Positions 37,858 through 49,179 of a stretch of DNA of 64,000 nt are shown one piece after another; the first letter of the stretch is position 1; each line of letters begins with the position of its first letter. Position numbers and translations under genes: made by a program. This DNA is from Clostridia bacterium (GTDB taxonomy: Bacteria > Bacillota > Clostridia > UMGS1883): NCBI GenBank assembly GCA_030527235.1, contig JAUNBL010000001.1, forward strand, positions 76,911 through 140,910. Reading direction: 5' to 3'. Below the pieces are notes generated by a model. The model was not told where the DNA came from, made no database searches, and saw only the letters and a program-made list of their open reading frames with translations.

Positions 37858-40176
37858 ATGAAAAGAATACGCGAAAGCTTTGACTTCAACTGGATGTTTT
37901 ACAAGGGAGATTTGGAAATAGGGTACGCCATAAAAGCAGGGTGTACAGGTTCTTTTACGGCCTTAGATAAAAACAAGGACGGAGAATGGACACAGATTGC
38001 TTACAGCGACAAAGAGGCTGTGATAGATATTGACGAAAAGCGTTGGACAAAGGTGAGCATACCACACGACTTTATCGTGGGGGGAGATTTTTCACGCGGC
38101 GAGTGGGATGCGCAGGGGTTTTTGCCGACCGGCGTGGGATGCTACCGCAAGGTGTTCCGCGTTGAAGAAGACCTTTTCGGAAAGAAGATTTCACTGGAGT
38201 TTGAGGGAGTGTCACGCAACTGTACTATATGGTTAAACGGGCATCTTGTATTGAATCATTTTTCCGGATATACGGGCTTTTGGCTTGATATGACGGATTT
38301 CTTGAACTACGGCGGCGAGAACGTTATCTTTATCAAAGTGGATGCGCGCGAGTTTGAGGGCTGGTGGTACGAAGGCGCGGGCATATACCGCCACGTTTGG
38401 TATACTGTCACCGACAGAGTTCATGTGGGCAGGTGGGGAACGTATGTCACTACACCGCAGATAAGCGAGACACATGCCGATGTCAGGATTGAAGCACAGA
38501 TTGAAAACGAGACGGCGCACGAAGAGGCAAGCGTTCTGGAAACTGTTATTTATGACGAAAACGGAGGCATTGTGGCTTCCGGTGAAACGAGCGTTGTAAT
38601 TGCGCCTCAAGGCAAGACTGTAACTGTGCAGAATCTTCGCGTGCCAAAACCCATGCTTTGGGATATTGACAGCCCATGCCTTTATATCGCAAAGAGTACG
38701 ATAAAAGGACATGATACATACGAGACGGCGTTTGGGATTCGCAAGATAGAATTTACAAAAGAAGGCTTTTTCTTAAACGGGCGCCATGTACTCATAAAAG
38801 GGACGTGCAATCATCAGGATTTTGCCGGCGTCGGCTCAGCTCTGCCCGACAGCATAAATGAATATAAGATTAAAAAGCTTTTGGAAATGGGCTCCAACGC
38901 ATACCGCTCATCGCATCATCCGGCAACACCGGCGCTTTTGGACGCTTGTGACAGGCTGGGAATGCTTGTTATGGACGAGAACCGTAAACTGGACTCGTCT
39001 GAGCGCGGGCTTGCGGACATAGACTCGCTGATTCTGCGGGACCGCAACCATCCGAGCATTATCATGTGGTGTTTGGATAACGAGGAGTCAATCCTGGGGA
39101 CAAAGGTAGGTAAGCAAATTGAAACCACGCTTCGCGACCGCGTACACAGCTTGGACTCTACGCGTCCTACCACAGTGGCGATGAACCACGGCTGGAACGA
39201 AAACGGATATGAGGAATGTATGGATATAATGGGATACAATTACGGACAGAGGGGCGAGCAGTATATTAAGGATATGGCCGAATACCCCGACCGTATGATG
39301 ATATGTACAGAGAGTACAAGCTCCACCACAACGCGCGGGATTTATAAGGACGACACTGAGCGTGGCTACTGCACGAGCTATGAGACGAATCTTGCAAGCT
39401 GGTGCTGCACGCACGAAAAATCGTGGCTTGATTTGATTAAGCATCCGAGGCTTACGGGCATATTTGTCTGGACCGGGTTTGACTATCGCGGCGAGCCTAC
39501 GCCATATTCGTGGCCGTGCGTTAATTCTCACTTCGGAATTATGGACACCTGTGGTCTTCCCAAGGATGCGTACTACTATTACAAATCAGTATGGACCGAT
39601 AAGCCGATGGTGCATTTTATGCCGCACTGGGATTTGAAGAGAAATGGCGAAAAAGTCAATGTGAGGATATTTTCCAACAGTGAGACAATAGAGCTGAAGC
39701 TGAACGGAAAATCACTCGGTGAAAGAGCTATGGTGAAGAATGCGCACCTGGACTGGGAGGTTGAATATGAAGAGGGCGAGATAGAGGCGATAGGCAAAAA
39801 CGGAGGCGTGCAGGTGTGTGCCTTTTCACGTATGACGTCCGGCGCTCCGTACAAGGTGGAGCTCTGCTGCGAGAGAGAAGATATAAGCTTTGACGGCAGA
39901 GACACAGTTGTCGTGCGTGCGTGCGTTACGGACGTGCGCGGAAACGTGGTACCGTTCGCATCGAATGAGATTGAATTTTCCGCGAGCGGCGGGCGCATAA
40001 TAGGCGTTGGAAACGGAGACCCTGCCGACCATTCGAGCGACAAGTCGCGTTTTCGCCGAGCCTTTAACGGATATTGCGTCGCGCTTGTTCAGGCGACGGG
40101 CGAAACGGATAGTTTGACTATATGCGCCGCTTCAAAGGGGCTTGAGGACGCAAGCATATGTTTGAAGAAAAAATAA
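37858..40176 (+). CDS. Glycoside hydrolase family 2 (beta-galactosidase-like); start revised to ATG 37858
   Basis: GIYRHVW, KGTCNHQD, NAYRSSH, RDRNHPSIIMW...NEE, WTGFDYRGEP; GGAGG RBS. Confidence 0.92.
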   Translation: MKRIRESFDFNWMFYKGDLEIGYAIKAGCTGSFTALDKNKDGEWTQIAYSDKEAVIDIDEKRWTKVSIPHDFIVGGDFSRGEWDAQGFLPTGVGCYRKVFRVEEDLFGKKISLEFEGVSRNCTIWLNGHLVLNHFSGYTGFWLDMTDFLNYGGENVIFIKVDAREFEGWWYEGAGIYRHVWYTVTDRVHVGRWGTYVTTPQISETHADVRIEAQIENETAHEEASVLETVIYDENGGIVASGETSVVIAPQGKTVTVQNLRVPKPMLWDIDSPCLYIAKSTIKGHDTYETAFGIRKIEFTKEGFFLNGRHVLIKGTCNHQDFAGVGSALPDSINEYKIKKLLEMGSNAYRSSHHPATPALLDACDRLGMLVMDENRKLDSSERGLADIDSLILRDRNHPSIIMWCLDNEESILGTKVGKQIETTLRDRVHSLDSTRPTTVAMNHGWNENGYEECMDIMGYNYGQRGEQYIKDMAEYPDRMMICTESTSSTTTRGIYKDDTERGYCTSYETNLASWCCTHEKSWLDLIKHPRLTGIFVWTGFDYRGEPTPYSWPCVNSHFGIMDTCGLPKDAYYYYKSVWTDKPMVHFMPHWDLKRNGEKVNVRIFSNSETIELKLNGKSLGERAMVKNAHLDWEVEYEEGEIEAIGKNGGVQVCAFSRMTSGAPYKVELCCEREDISFDGRDTVVVRACVTDVRGNVVPFASNEIEFSASGGRIIGVGNGDPADHSSDKSRFRRAFNGYCVALVQATGETDSLTICAASKGLEDASICLKKK

Positions 40177-41972
40177 AAAAGCTGCCTATGCTCCCCGGAG
40201 TATATATAATGAAGGATAAAAACGGTAACGTTATATATGTAGGGAAGGCAAAAAAATTAAAGAACAGAGTAAAGCAGTATTTTGCGAAAACTTCTACACA
40301 CACGCCCAAGGTGGCGGCTATGGTGGAGAAGGTGGCGGATTTTGAGTACGTGATATGCGACAGTGAGATTGAGGCGCTGGTTTTAGAGTGCAATCTGATT
40401 AAGGAAAACCGGCCCCGCTATAATTCATTGCTCAAGGATGACAAGCATTATCCTTATTTGAAAATTACAAATGAGGATTTTCCGCGTCTGCTCTATGTTC
40501 GCCGCATAGAGAAAGACGGCGCGCGTTACTTCGGACCGTATCCGAGCGGGTTTTCAATACGTGAGACATACGACCTTATCCGCCGCGTGTTCGCGATAGC
40601 GCATTGCAAGAAACGTTTTCCGGAGTCAATAGGAAAAGATCGCCCCTGTCTATATCATGCTATGGGGCGCTGCTGCGCCCCATGTGCGGGAAATGTTTCT
40701 TCGGAGGAGTATAAAAAAATATTTGACGATATCACCAAGCTGCTAGAGGGCAGGGAGAAAGAACTTATCTCAAGCCTCGACGCGAAAATGAGGCTTGCGT
40801 CTGACAGTCTGGAATTTGAAAAGGCGGCGTCTTTGCGCGACGCGATTGCATCAATAAAACATTTGAGCGACAGTCAAAAAGTTATATACGCAAAAAGCGC
40901 CGATACCGATGTATTTGCTGCCGCTGCGCTTGACACGATGGCGTATGCAGAGGCTTTTTACATCAGAAACGGCAAAATGGTGGGCAGGGGCGAGTTTGAC
41001 CTTTCCGGCAGTGAAGCGGTTGATGAGGCCGCTGCATTATCCGATTTTTTGTTGCAGTACTATTCGGGAGAGGCCGCAGTTCCCAAACGAGTCATACTCT
41101 CGCACAAAATAGAGGATGCCGACACTCTTGCGCAGTTCCTTTCGCAAAAGAGAGGAAACAAGGTCACGGTGAAGACGCCTGAGCGAGGCGAACATAAAAA
41201 GCTTGCGGAAATGGCATATAAAAACGCGCAGAAGGCGATTGAAAATGCCCGGACACAAGCGCAGGAGGAGAAGCTGAAGGCGCGGGCTGTGGTAATGCTT
41301 GCCAAGGCGCTGCACCTTGATGTCATTCCTGACAAGATAGAGGCATATGACATTTCGCACACTTCAGGAACGCAGACAGTAGGCTCTATGGTTGTGTTCA
41401 AGGCGGGCAAAAGCCGCCGCAGCGAATATAAGAGGTTCAAAATAAAAACCGTTGTCGGAGCAAATGACGTAGCGTGTATTCAAGAGGTACTCACCAGGAG
41501 GTTTACCCACAAAGGGGACGGTTTTGACGAGCTTCCGGATTTGCTGCTCGTAGACGGCGGGCTTCCGCAGCTTAACGCGGCCTTAGAGGCGCTTGAGGAG
41601 CTGAATTTAGACATTCCCGTTTTCGGCATGGTCAAAGACGACAGACACAAGACACGAGATGTATTGGCGCGCGAGGGAGAGGTGCATTTGAAGCCGACAA
41701 GCGCGGAGTTCAGGCTGGTAAGCGCTATTCAAGACGAGGTACACCGCTTTGCAATAGAGTATCATCGCCAGTTGCGTTCAAAGCGCATGGCAGAATCAGA
41801 GCTTGACGCAATCTCCGGCGTGGGAAAGGTGAGAAAAAAAGCGCTTTTGAACCGCTTCAAAAGCGTGCGCGCAATCAGAGATGCGACAGAGGAGGAGCTT
41901 GCCGAGGTAAAGGGCATAGATAAGCGAACCGCGAAGGCAATCAAAGATGCACTTCGCGGTGAGAAAGATTAG
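40158..41972 (+). CDS. uvrC: Excinuclease ABC subunit C
   Basis: GIY-YIG (PGVY...YVGKAK), FEKAASLRD, EAYDISH, LVDGG, C-terminal HhH. Confidence 0.97.
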   Translation: MFEEKIKKLPMLPGVYIMKDKNGNVIYVGKAKKLKNRVKQYFAKTSTHTPKVAAMVEKVADFEYVICDSEIEALVLECNLIKENRPRYNSLLKDDKHYPYLKITNEDFPRLLYVRRIEKDGARYFGPYPSGFSIRETYDLIRRVFAIAHCKKRFPESIGKDRPCLYHAMGRCCAPCAGNVSSEEYKKIFDDITKLLEGREKELISSLDAKMRLASDSLEFEKAASLRDAIASIKHLSDSQKVIYAKSADTDVFAAAALDTMAYAEAFYIRNGKMVGRGEFDLSGSEAVDEAAALSDFLLQYYSGEAAVPKRVILSHKIEDADTLAQFLSQKRGNKVTVKTPERGEHKKLAEMAYKNAQKAIENARTQAQEEKLKARAVVMLAKALHLDVIPDKIEAYDISHTSGTQTVGSMVVFKAGKSRRSEYKRFKIKTVVGANDVACIQEVLTRRFTHKGDGFDELPDLLLVDGGLPQLNAALEALEELNLDIPVFGMVKDDRHKTRDVLAREGEVHLKPTSAEFRLVSAIQDEVHRFAIEYHRQLRSKRMAESELDAISGVGKVRKKALLNRFKSVRAIRDATEEELAEVKGIDKRTAKAIKDALRGEKD

Positions 41973-42810
41973 CTAAAATACCGGTATCTTCAAAGTCGAA
42001 AATTATTTTATATGCGGTAAGCGCCTGACCGCCGCCGCTTTTTGCTCCGTATTTCGTATCGCCGACTATCGGGCAGCCCAGATACGAGCAAAGCGCACGG
42101 ATTTGGTGGCTTCGCCCGGTGTGAAGCTCAACCTCGAGGACGCTGACGGCGCCTCGCGAAAGAACACGGTACGATGTTTTTGTGTATTTGCCGCCGTCTT
42201 TAACGACGGCGCTTTTGTTGCGGAAAGCGTCTTTTTCAATATACCCTTCCACAGTGTCAAAATCCTTGGAGGGGGCGCCTTCTGTTTGGCAAATATAAAA
42301 CTTACGCACCCGGCGCGCTCTTATATATGAGTTCATCGCGCGCAGTGCGGCGGCGTTTTTTGCGCCGATAACAAGTCCGGAGGTGTTGACGTCAAGACGG
42401 TTGCAAAGCGCGGGAGAGAAGCTTTGCTCATTTTCGGGCGAGTAGACGCCCTGATTAAGCAGATATGTTTTGAACATATCGACAAGCGTTTCGTTTTTTT
42501 TCACCCCGCCGCTTTGACAGGGGACTCCGCATGGCTTGTTTATCACGGCTATGTTTTCGTCCTCGTAAATAATTTCAATAGCGCGCTTCGCCTTTGTAAA
42601 CCCTTTTTCGGCAAAACAGTCGTCAGGAAGATAAACGCGCACAATATCTCCTTCCTCTAAAATTCGCGCCGCCTCAGCGCGTGCAGAGTTGATTTTTATG
42701 TCTTTCCTGCGTATGGCCTTGTAAATTAAGGCGCGCGGTACGCCCAGCTTTTCCAAAAATTTGTCGCACCGCTGCGCGGCATCGTTTTTATTGATGAAAA
42801 ATTCACGCAT
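41941..42810 (-). CDS. RluA/RluC-family pseudouridine synthase
   Basis: S4-like N-terminus, INKPCG, NRLDVNTSG, TGRSHQIR, PIVGDTKYG. Confidence 0.93.
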   Translation of the reverse strand: MREFFINKNDAAQRCDKFLEKLGVPRALIYKAIRRKDIKINSARAEAARILEEGDIVRVYLPDDCFAEKGFTKAKRAIEIIYEDENIAVINKPCGVPCQSGGVKKNETLVDMFKTYLLNQGVYSPENEQSFSPALCNRLDVNTSGLVIGAKNAAALRAMNSYIRARRVRKFYICQTEGAPSKDFDTVEGYIEKDAFRNKSAVVKDGGKYTKTSYRVLSRGAVSVLEVELHTGRSHQIRALCSYLGCPIVGDTKYGAKSGGGQALTAYKIIFDFEDTGILANLSHREVHL

Positions 42811-42960
42811 ATTCTCACCTCGGATACATTATATATTGTGTTTAATGGCACGTCAACACAATTATGTTGTCAAATTGCACAACACATTGCGCAAAAAGGC
42901 GCTGCGATGTTTGCAAAGGTGCCGAAATTTAGCATTTTACAAAAAAATAAATAAAAATGC

Positions 42961-42989
42961 TTGCAATTTTTTTTTAGTTGAGGTATAGT
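42961..42989 (+). promoter_or_regulatory. Sigma-A promoter of the S10 operon
   Basis: TTGCAA-17 nt-TATAGT upstream of the rpsJ leader. Confidence 0.7.
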
Positions 42990-42994
42990 AAAAC

Positions 42995-43225
42995 GGCTGT
43001 GACATGACAGACGATGAAGCGGGAGGTTGCTGCCCTTAGGGACAGGTTTTTCCGTGGAGAATGTCCGGTTCGCGAAATCGGGCGGCAGTCACTGTACAAC
43101 ATGATATTTGCGCCGTATACAGCGCAATAACACCATGTGGTACCCGGAACAGTATTCCGGGTTTTGGTTTGACCGGGAATGAAACACCCGGCAAGGTGTA
43201 CAGTTGTCATATACGTCACAAGAAA
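42995..43225 (+). ncRNA. Structured rpsJ 5' leader (putative ribosomal leader RNA)
   Basis: Closing stem GTGAC-ATGACA...TGTCAT-ATAC-GTCAC; GATGAAGCGGGAGGTTGC motif resembling Bacillota rpsJ leaders; internal hairpins such as CCCGGAA/TTCCGGG. Confidence 0.65.
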
Positions 43226-43245
43226 AACTTTTAGGAGGCATATGT

Positions 43246-43626
43246 ATGGCAGCGAAACAGAAAGTAAGAATCAGATTGAAGGCGTATGATCACGTGCTTC
43301 TTGACCAGTCCGCAGAAAAAATTGCGGAAACCGCCAAGAGAACGGACGCCAAGGTATCGGGTCCGATACCGCTTCCCACAGAGAAAGAGATTATTACAAT
43401 CCTCAGAGCGGTGCACAAGTACAAGGACAGCCGTGAGCAGTTTGAGCAGAGAACTCACAAAAGGCTTATAGACATCCTTGACCCCACGCCCAAGACGATG
43501 GATGCACTCGGAAAACTTGACGTGCCGGCAGGTGTGAGCATCGACATAAAAATTATCGACGCGGCGGCCAAGAAAAAAAGCTCAAAGAGCGCGGCGTCTC
43601 CCGCTAAAAAGAAGACGGGCAAATAA
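43246..43626 (+). CDS. rpsJ: 30S ribosomal protein S10 with basic C-terminal extension
   Basis: [27 protein letters not shown]; AGGAGG RBS before ATG 43246. Confidence 0.97.
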   Translation: MAAKQKVRIRLKAYDHVLLDQSAEKIAETAKRTDAKVSGPIPLPTEKEIITILRAVHKYKDSREQFEQRTHKRLIDILDPTPKTMDALGKLDVPAGVSIDIKIIDAAAKKKSSKSAASPAKKKTGK

Positions 43627-43693
43627 TTGCGCACAGAGGTCAATGTTGGCGCGCAGCGCCAACCAATAACCATTTATAAGGAGGATATACAAT

Positions 43694-44317
43694 ATGCAAA
43701 AGGCAATTATCGGAAAGAAGATAGGCATGACTCAAATCTTCACACCAGAAGGAAAAGTAGTTCCGGTTACGGTAATTGAAGCGGGTCCCTGTTCGGTCGT
43801 GCAGAAAAAGACCGTTGAAAAGGACGGATATGAAGCGCTTCAGCTCGGATACGGAGCAGTTTCGGAAAAGCATGTTTCCAAGCCCCTGCGCGGGCATTTC
43901 GCAAAGGCAGGAGTTACGCTTAAAAAGGTTCTGCGTGAGTTTGCGCTTGAAGGCGAATACAACGTGGGCGATGAAATTAAGTGCGACTTGTTTGCGGATG
44001 GGGATAAAGTTGACGTAACGGGTATAAGCAAAGGTAAGGGATACGCCGGTACGGTAAAAAGGTGGGGCACGCACCGCGGACCTATGACGCACGGCAGCGG
44101 CTATCACAGAGGCCCCGGCTCCATGGGCGCTTGCTCGACGCCTTCGCGCGTTATGAAAGGAAAGAAGCTTGCGGGACACATGGGCGTTGAAAAGGTTACA
44201 ATTTTGAACCTTGATGTTGTAAGAGTAGATGCGGAGAGAAATCTTCTGCTTGTGCGCGGCGCCATTCCGGGTCCCAAGGGCGGAATTGTTACCGTAAGAA
44301 ACGCAGTTAAGGCGTAA
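43694..44317 (+). CDS. rplC: 50S ribosomal protein L3
   Basis: [18 protein letters not shown]; operon order. Confidence 0.98.
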   Translation: MQKAIIGKKIGMTQIFTPEGKVVPVTVIEAGPCSVVQKKTVEKDGYEALQLGYGAVSEKHVSKPLRGHFAKAGVTLKKVLREFALEGEYNVGDEIKCDLFADGDKVDVTGISKGKGYAGTVKRWGTHRGPMTHGSGYHRGPGSMGACSTPSRVMKGKKLAGHMGVEKVTILNLDVVRVDAERNLLLVRGAIPGPKGGIVTVRNAVKA

Positions 44318-44346
44318 AGCCGTAAGACGGAAAGGAGATGTAAACT

Positions 44347-44970
44347 ATGCCTAAGGCAGCATTATATAATATGCAGGGCAGTCAGATTGGCGAGGTTGAC
44401 CTTCCGGAAACTTGCTTCGGAGTGCAGGTTAACGAGAGCGCGATTCACGCGACGGTTGTAAACTACCTTGCAAATCAGAGACAGGGTACACAGAGCACAA
44501 AAACCCGCACGGAAGTTGCGGGCGGCGGCAAGAAACCTTTCAGACAGAAGGGAACAGGCCGCGCAAGGCAGGGCAGCACACGCGCTCCGCAGTGGTACAA
44601 GGGCGGCGTTGCGCTCGGACCTAAGCCGAGAGACTATTCGTATTCCATAAACAAGAAAGTTAAGAGGCTCGCGCTTATCAGCGCACTCAGTGCAAAAGCG
44701 GCGGAAAATGAGGTTAAGGTAATAGACGATATTAAGCTGGACGAAATTAAGACGGCGAATATAGTGAAGCTATTAAAGGAAATTGGCGTTGCGGGCAAAG
44801 CTCTCATCGTTACAAAAGATAAAAATGAGAACGTGTATCTTTCCGCGAGAAACATAAAAGGTGTTAAGGCAAGCTTCATAGGTATGCTTAATGTTTATGA
44901 TATTCTCAACCACACTGACTTCATTGTTTCACAGGACGCTGTTGACAGACTTGAGGAGGTGTATGCGTAA
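44347..44970 (+). CDS. rplD: 50S ribosomal protein L4
   Basis: [20 protein letters not shown]. Confidence 0.98.
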   Translation: MPKAALYNMQGSQIGEVDLPETCFGVQVNESAIHATVVNYLANQRQGTQSTKTRTEVAGGGKKPFRQKGTGRARQGSTRAPQWYKGGVALGPKPRDYSYSINKKVKRLALISALSAKAAENEVKVIDDIKLDEIKTANIVKLLKEIGVAGKALIVTKDKNENVYLSARNIKGVKASFIGMLNVYDILNHTDFIVSQDAVDRLEEVYA

Positions 44971-45260
44971 TGGAAGCTTATGATATCATCAGAAAGCCTA
45001 TCATTACCGAACATTCAATGGAGCAAATGGCGGAACGCAAGTACACGTTTGAGGTTGACAAAAGAGCCGGCAAAATTGAAATCAGGAAAGCGATAGAGGA
45101 AATCTTTGGCGTCAAGGTTGAAAAGGTCACAACAATGAATGTTCTCGGTAAGGAAAAGAGAATGGGTGCGAACAGTGGGATGCGTCCCGATTGGAAAAAA
45201 GCCATAGTTAAACTGACCGAGGATAGCAAGTCGATAGAGTTCTTCGAAGGACTAATCTAA
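44970..45260 (+). CDS. rplW: 50S ribosomal protein L23
   Basis: [19 protein letters not shown]. Confidence 0.97.
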   Translation: MEAYDIIRKPIITEHSMEQMAERKYTFEVDKRAGKIEIRKAIEEIFGVKVEKVTTMNVLGKEKRMGANSGMRPDWKKAIVKLTEDSKSIEFFEGLI

Positions 45261-45276
45261 GAGGAGAGTGAACTGA

Positions 45277-46110
45277 ATGCCTATAAAGAAATATAAGCCG
45301 ACTTCTCCGGCGCGCAGACAGATGACGGTTTCCACGTTTGAGGAAATCACAAAAACTACTCCGGAGAGATCGTTGGTAGAGCCGCTTAATAAAAGTGCCG
45401 GCAGAAATTCATACGGCAGAATCACCGTTCGTCACCGTGGCGGCGGCAACAAGAGGAAGTACAGGATAATAGATTTCAAACGCGACAAGGTTGACATGAT
45501 GGCGACCGTGACGGCGATTGAATACGACCCCAACCGCAGCGCTAACATCGCGCTCGTACAGTACGAGGATGGAGAAAAACGCTACATTATTGCTCCGCAC
45601 GGCATCCGTGTGGGTGACAAGATAGAGTCCTCCGTTCACGCCGATATTCGCCCAGGAAACACTCTCCCGATATCGGCAATCCCGGTAGGCAGCATTATTC
45701 ACAATATAGAGCTTTCGCCTGGCAAAGGCGGCCAGCTTGTCCGTTCGGCAGGCAACAGCGCGCAGCTTATGGCGAAGGAAAACGGTTATGCTCAGGTGAG
45801 ACTTCCTTCTGGCGAGGTCAGGATGATAAGACTTGACTGCAAAGCTACTATAGGTCAGGTTGGAAATCTCGACCACGAGAACATTTCTATCGGCAAAGCG
45901 GGAAGAAAAAGACATATGGGCTGGCGTCCCACTGTGCGCGGTGTTGTTATGAATCCCAATGACCACCCGCACGGAGGCGGCGAGGGCAAGTCGCCCATAG
46001 GAATGCCCAGTCCCGTTACGCCGTGGGGCAAGCCCGCTCTCGGATACAAGACGCGTAAGCATAAGAACCCCACAAACAAGTTCATTGTGAAGCGCCGTAA
46101 CGAGAAGTAG
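45277..46110 (+). CDS. rplB: 50S ribosomal protein L2
   Basis: [25 protein letters not shown]. Confidence 0.98.
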   Translation: MPIKKYKPTSPARRQMTVSTFEEITKTTPERSLVEPLNKSAGRNSYGRITVRHRGGGNKRKYRIIDFKRDKVDMMATVTAIEYDPNRSANIALVQYEDGEKRYIIAPHGIRVGDKIESSVHADIRPGNTLPISAIPVGSIIHNIELSPGKGGQLVRSAGNSAQLMAKENGYAQVRLPSGEVRMIRLDCKATIGQVGNLDHENISIGKAGRKRHMGWRPTVRGVVMNPNDHPHGGGEGKSPIGMPSPVTPWGKPALGYKTRKHKNPTNKFIVKRRNEK

Positions 46111-46126
46111 TAAGGAGGATTGAATA

Positions 46127-46405
46127 ATGAGCAGATCGGTAAAAAAAGGGCCTTTTGCGGAGCCAAAGCTGTTGGCGAGAATTGAGGCCATGAATCAGAC
46201 GGGCGAGAAGCGCGTTCTTAAAACCTGGTCGCGCAGCTCCACGATTTTTCCCGAAATGGTTAGCCACACAATAGCCGTTCATGACGGGAGAAAGCACGTT
46301 CCCGTGTATATAACGGAGGATATGGTAGGTCATAAGCTGGGTGAGTTTGCGCCCACAAGGACCTTCCGCGGTCACGCCGGCGCAAAGAGCGCGGCAACGA
46401 AATAG
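46127..46405 (+). CDS. rpsS: 30S ribosomal protein S19
   Basis: [18 protein letters not shown]. Confidence 0.98.
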   Translation: MSRSVKKGPFAEPKLLARIEAMNQTGEKRVLKTWSRSSTIFPEMVSHTIAVHDGRKHVPVYITEDMVGHKLGEFAPTRTFRGHAGAKSAATK

Positions 46406-46437
46406 CGCTCTACTAACAAAGTAAGGAGGAAACGACT

Positions 46438-46785
46438 ATGGAGGCTAAGACAGAAGCCAGAGCGGTGCTGCGCTATGCGCGCATATCGCCGCGAAAAGTC
46501 AACATTGTAAATAACCTTATCAGAAACAAATCCGTCGGCGAAGCTATGGATATCCTGAAAAACACACCCAAAGCCGCCTCGGAACTGCTTATAAAGCTTC
46601 TCGGAAGTGCGGTTGCAAACGCCGAGAACAATTTCGGAATGTCAGCGGATACGCTCTATATTTCAGAGCTTTACGCCAATGCGGGTCCTACGCTTAAGCG
46701 TGTACGCCCGAGAGCGCAGGGCAGAGCGTTTAGGATAAGAAAGAGAACAAGCCACATCACACTCGTTGTGAAGGAAAAAGAGTAG
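46438..46785 (+). CDS. rplV: 50S ribosomal protein L22
   Basis: [23 protein letters not shown]. Confidence 0.98.
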   Translation: MEAKTEARAVLRYARISPRKVNIVNNLIRNKSVGEAMDILKNTPKAASELLIKLLGSAVANAENNFGMSADTLYISELYANAGPTLKRVRPRAQGRAFRIRKRTSHITLVVKEKE

Positions 46786-46799
46786 AGGAGGCGAACTTA

Positions 46800-47516
46800 A
46801 TGGGTCAGAAAGTTAATCCCCACGGCTTAAGGGTGGGTATAATCAAGGATTGGGACTCCAGATGGTACGCCGATGACAAGACTTTCGGCGACAACCTTGT
46901 AGAGGACCAGAAAATTCGCACATATCTTAAAAAGAAGCTTTACGCGGCCGGAGTTCCAAGAATTGAAATCGAAAAGGCCGCCAACACGATAAAGCTGTTC
47001 ATTCACTGCGCAAAGCCCGGTATTGTAATCGGCAAGCAGGGCGCAGACATTGAAAAGCTTAAGGCAGCGCTTTCCGCGATGACCGGAAAAAAAGTGTTTA
47101 TCAATATCGTGGAAATCAGAGTGCCTGATTTGAACGCACAGCTTGTGGCTGAGTCCATTGCGGCGCAGCTTGAAAAGAGGACATCGTTCCGCCGCGCCAT
47201 GAAGGGCGCCATGAGCCGTAGTATGAAAATGGGCGCGAAGGGTATCAAAACCTGCTGCAGCGGACGTCTCGGCGGCGCAGAAATAGCCCGCAGCGAGCAT
47301 TACCATGAGGGGACAATTCCCCTGCAAACGCTTCGTGCGGACATTGATTACGGTTTCTGCGAAGCGAACACCACTTACGGTAAAATAGGCTGCAAAGTCT
47401 GGATTTATAAAGGCGAAGTTCTTGAAGGAAAGGCGACGGCGCCCGAAGAGACTATGCCGCGTCCCCCTCAGGAAAGACGCGCACCCAGGCCTAAAAGGGA
47501 AGGGGGCCGCAGATAA
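46800..47516 (+). CDS. rpsC: 30S ribosomal protein S3
   Basis: [32 protein letters not shown]. Confidence 0.98.
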   Translation: MGQKVNPHGLRVGIIKDWDSRWYADDKTFGDNLVEDQKIRTYLKKKLYAAGVPRIEIEKAANTIKLFIHCAKPGIVIGKQGADIEKLKAALSAMTGKKVFINIVEIRVPDLNAQLVAESIAAQLEKRTSFRRAMKGAMSRSMKMGAKGIKTCCSGRLGGAEIARSEHYHEGTIPLQTLRADIDYGFCEANTTYGKIGCKVWIYKGEVLEGKATAPEETMPRPPQERRAPRPKREGGRR

Positions 47517-47956
47517 TGTTAATGCCCAAGAGAGTAAAATACAGAAAGCAGTTCCGCGGCAGAATGACAGGAAAGGCGACGCGCGGAACAAAAGTTAACT
47601 ACGGAGATTTCGGCCTTGTAGCGATTGAACCGGCATGGATAACGAGTAACCAGATAGAGGCGGCTCGTATTGCCATGACCCGTTACGTGAAGCGCGGAGG
47701 TCAGGTTTGGATTAAGATATTTCCCGACAAACCCATTACCGAAAAACCGGCTGAGACCCGTATGGGAAGCGGTAAAGGTTCTCCGGAATACTGGGTTGCC
47801 GTTGTAAAGCCGGGCAGAGTTATGTTTGAAATAGGCGGCGTTGAAGAAACGTCGGCGCGCGAGGCGCTTCGTCTCGCTATGCATAAGCTGCCAATCAAAT
47901 GCAAGATTGTTTCCCGCAAGGAACAGGAAACGGAGGCGCAGGCAAATGAAAGTTAA
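47516..47956 (+). CDS. rplP: 50S ribosomal protein L16
   Basis: QIEAAR, RMGSGKG. Confidence 0.98.
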   Translation: MLMPKRVKYRKQFRGRMTGKATRGTKVNYGDFGLVAIEPAWITSNQIEAARIAMTRYVKRGGQVWIKIFPDKPITEKPAETRMGSGKGSPEYWVAVVKPGRVMFEIGGVEETSAREALRLAMHKLPIKCKIVSRKEQETEAQANES

Positions 47957-48146
47957 AGAAATACGCGATATGACGACAGAGGAATTGCAGATGAGTCTGT
48001 ACGACCTCAAAAAGGAATTATTCAACCTTAGATTTCAGCATGCGACAAACCAGCTTGACAATCCTATGCAGATAGGCGACGTTAAGAAAACTATCGCAAG
48101 AACATTGACGGTTTTGCGTGAGCGCGAAATTAAGGGAACGGATTGA
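47946..48146 (+). CDS. rpmC: 50S ribosomal protein L29
   Basis: MKVKEIR...[14 protein letters not shown]; start revised to ATG 47946. Confidence 0.96.
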   Translation: MKVKEIRDMTTEELQMSLYDLKKELFNLRFQHATNQLDNPMQIGDVKKTIARTLTVLREREIKGTD

Positions 48147-48164
48147 GGAAGGAGGAGCATCTAA

Positions 48165-48422
48165 ATGACCGAAAGAAATCACCGCAAGGTAAGAATCGGC
48201 AGAGTTGTAAGCGATAAGATGGATAAGACTATTGTGGTCGCCATTGAGGACAACGTAAAGCATCCTCTGTACGGAAAAATTGTAAGAAGAACACAAAAAA
48301 TCAAAGCGCACGACGAGGCGAATGAGTGCGGCATAGGCGATCGCGTTAAGGTTATGGAAACGCGTCCGCTCAGCCATGATAAGAGATGGCGTCTTGTACA
48401 GATTATGGAGAAGGCGCGCTAA
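48165..48422 (+). CDS. rpsQ: 30S ribosomal protein S17
   Basis: [18 protein letters not shown]. Confidence 0.98.
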   Translation: MTERNHRKVRIGRVVSDKMDKTIVVAIEDNVKHPLYGKIVRRTQKIKAHDEANECGIGDRVKVMETRPLSHDKRWRLVQIMEKAR

Positions 48423-48446
48423 ACTAACCAGAAGGAGTGAAACGAC

Positions 48447-48815
48447 GTGATACAGCAACAAACTCTGTTAAAGGTTGCCGATAACACCGGCGCGAAAGAG
48501 CTTATGTGCATACGCGTCCTCGGCGGTTCTTTACGAAGATACGGAAACATCGGAGATGTTATTGTTGCTTCCGTTAAGAAAGCGGCACCGGGCGGCGTAG
48601 TTAAAAAGGGCGAGGTTGTCAGAGCTGTTATAGTCCGTTCCGTTACGGGCGTTAAGCGTTCGGACGGCAGCTATATCAAGTTTGACGAGAACGCCGCCGT
48701 TATTATAAAAGATGATAAGAGCCCCAGGGGTACACGTATTTTCGGACCGATTGCCAGAGAACTTCGTGATAACGATTACATGAAAATTCTCTCGCTCGCT
48801 CCGGAAGTGCTGTAA
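48447..48815 (+). CDS. rplN: 50S ribosomal protein L14
   Basis: VADNTGA, FDENAAV, GTRIFGP. Confidence 0.98.
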   Translation: MIQQQTLLKVADNTGAKELMCIRVLGGSLRRYGNIGDVIVASVKKAAPGGVVKKGEVVRAVIVRSVTGVKRSDGSYIKFDENAAVIIKDDKSPRGTRIFGPIARELRDNDYMKILSLAPEVL

Positions 48816-48829
48816 GGGAGGTAGCGGCA

Positions 48830-49156
48830 ATGAGTAAAAGAATTCATATTAAAAAAGGCGATCAGGTTCTTGTAATATCAGGTGACGACAAGGGCAAGAA
48901 AGGTAAAGTGTTGAGTGTTATTCCCTCCAAAGGCCGAGTAGTTGTCGAGGGCATCAATATGGTCACCAAACATAAAAAACCCCGCAGTCAGACGGACGTA
49001 GGCGGCATAATCCACCAAGAGGCGCCTATTTCCGCGACAAAGGTAATGCATATATGCGACAAGTGCAAAAAAGCCACACCAATTGGGTATATGATTCTTG
49101 AGGATGGCTCTAAGGTGCGCAAGTGCAGAAAATGCAACGAAACTTTTGGTGACTGA
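48830..49156 (+). CDS. rplX: 50S ribosomal protein L24
   Basis: KKGDQVLVISGDDKGK KOW motif. Confidence 0.97.
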   Translation: MSKRIHIKKGDQVLVISGDDKGKKGKVLSVIPSKGRVVVEGINMVTKHKKPRSQTDVGGIIHQEAPISATKVMHICDKCKKATPIGYMILEDGSKVRKCRKCNETFGD

Positions 49157-49179
49157 TTATTGAAAGGAGGTAAAGACCA

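Noticed and set aside
41941-41972. 32-bp convergent overlap of uvrC and the RluA gene
   Set aside because: Short tail-to-tail overlaps are common; both proteins look complete.
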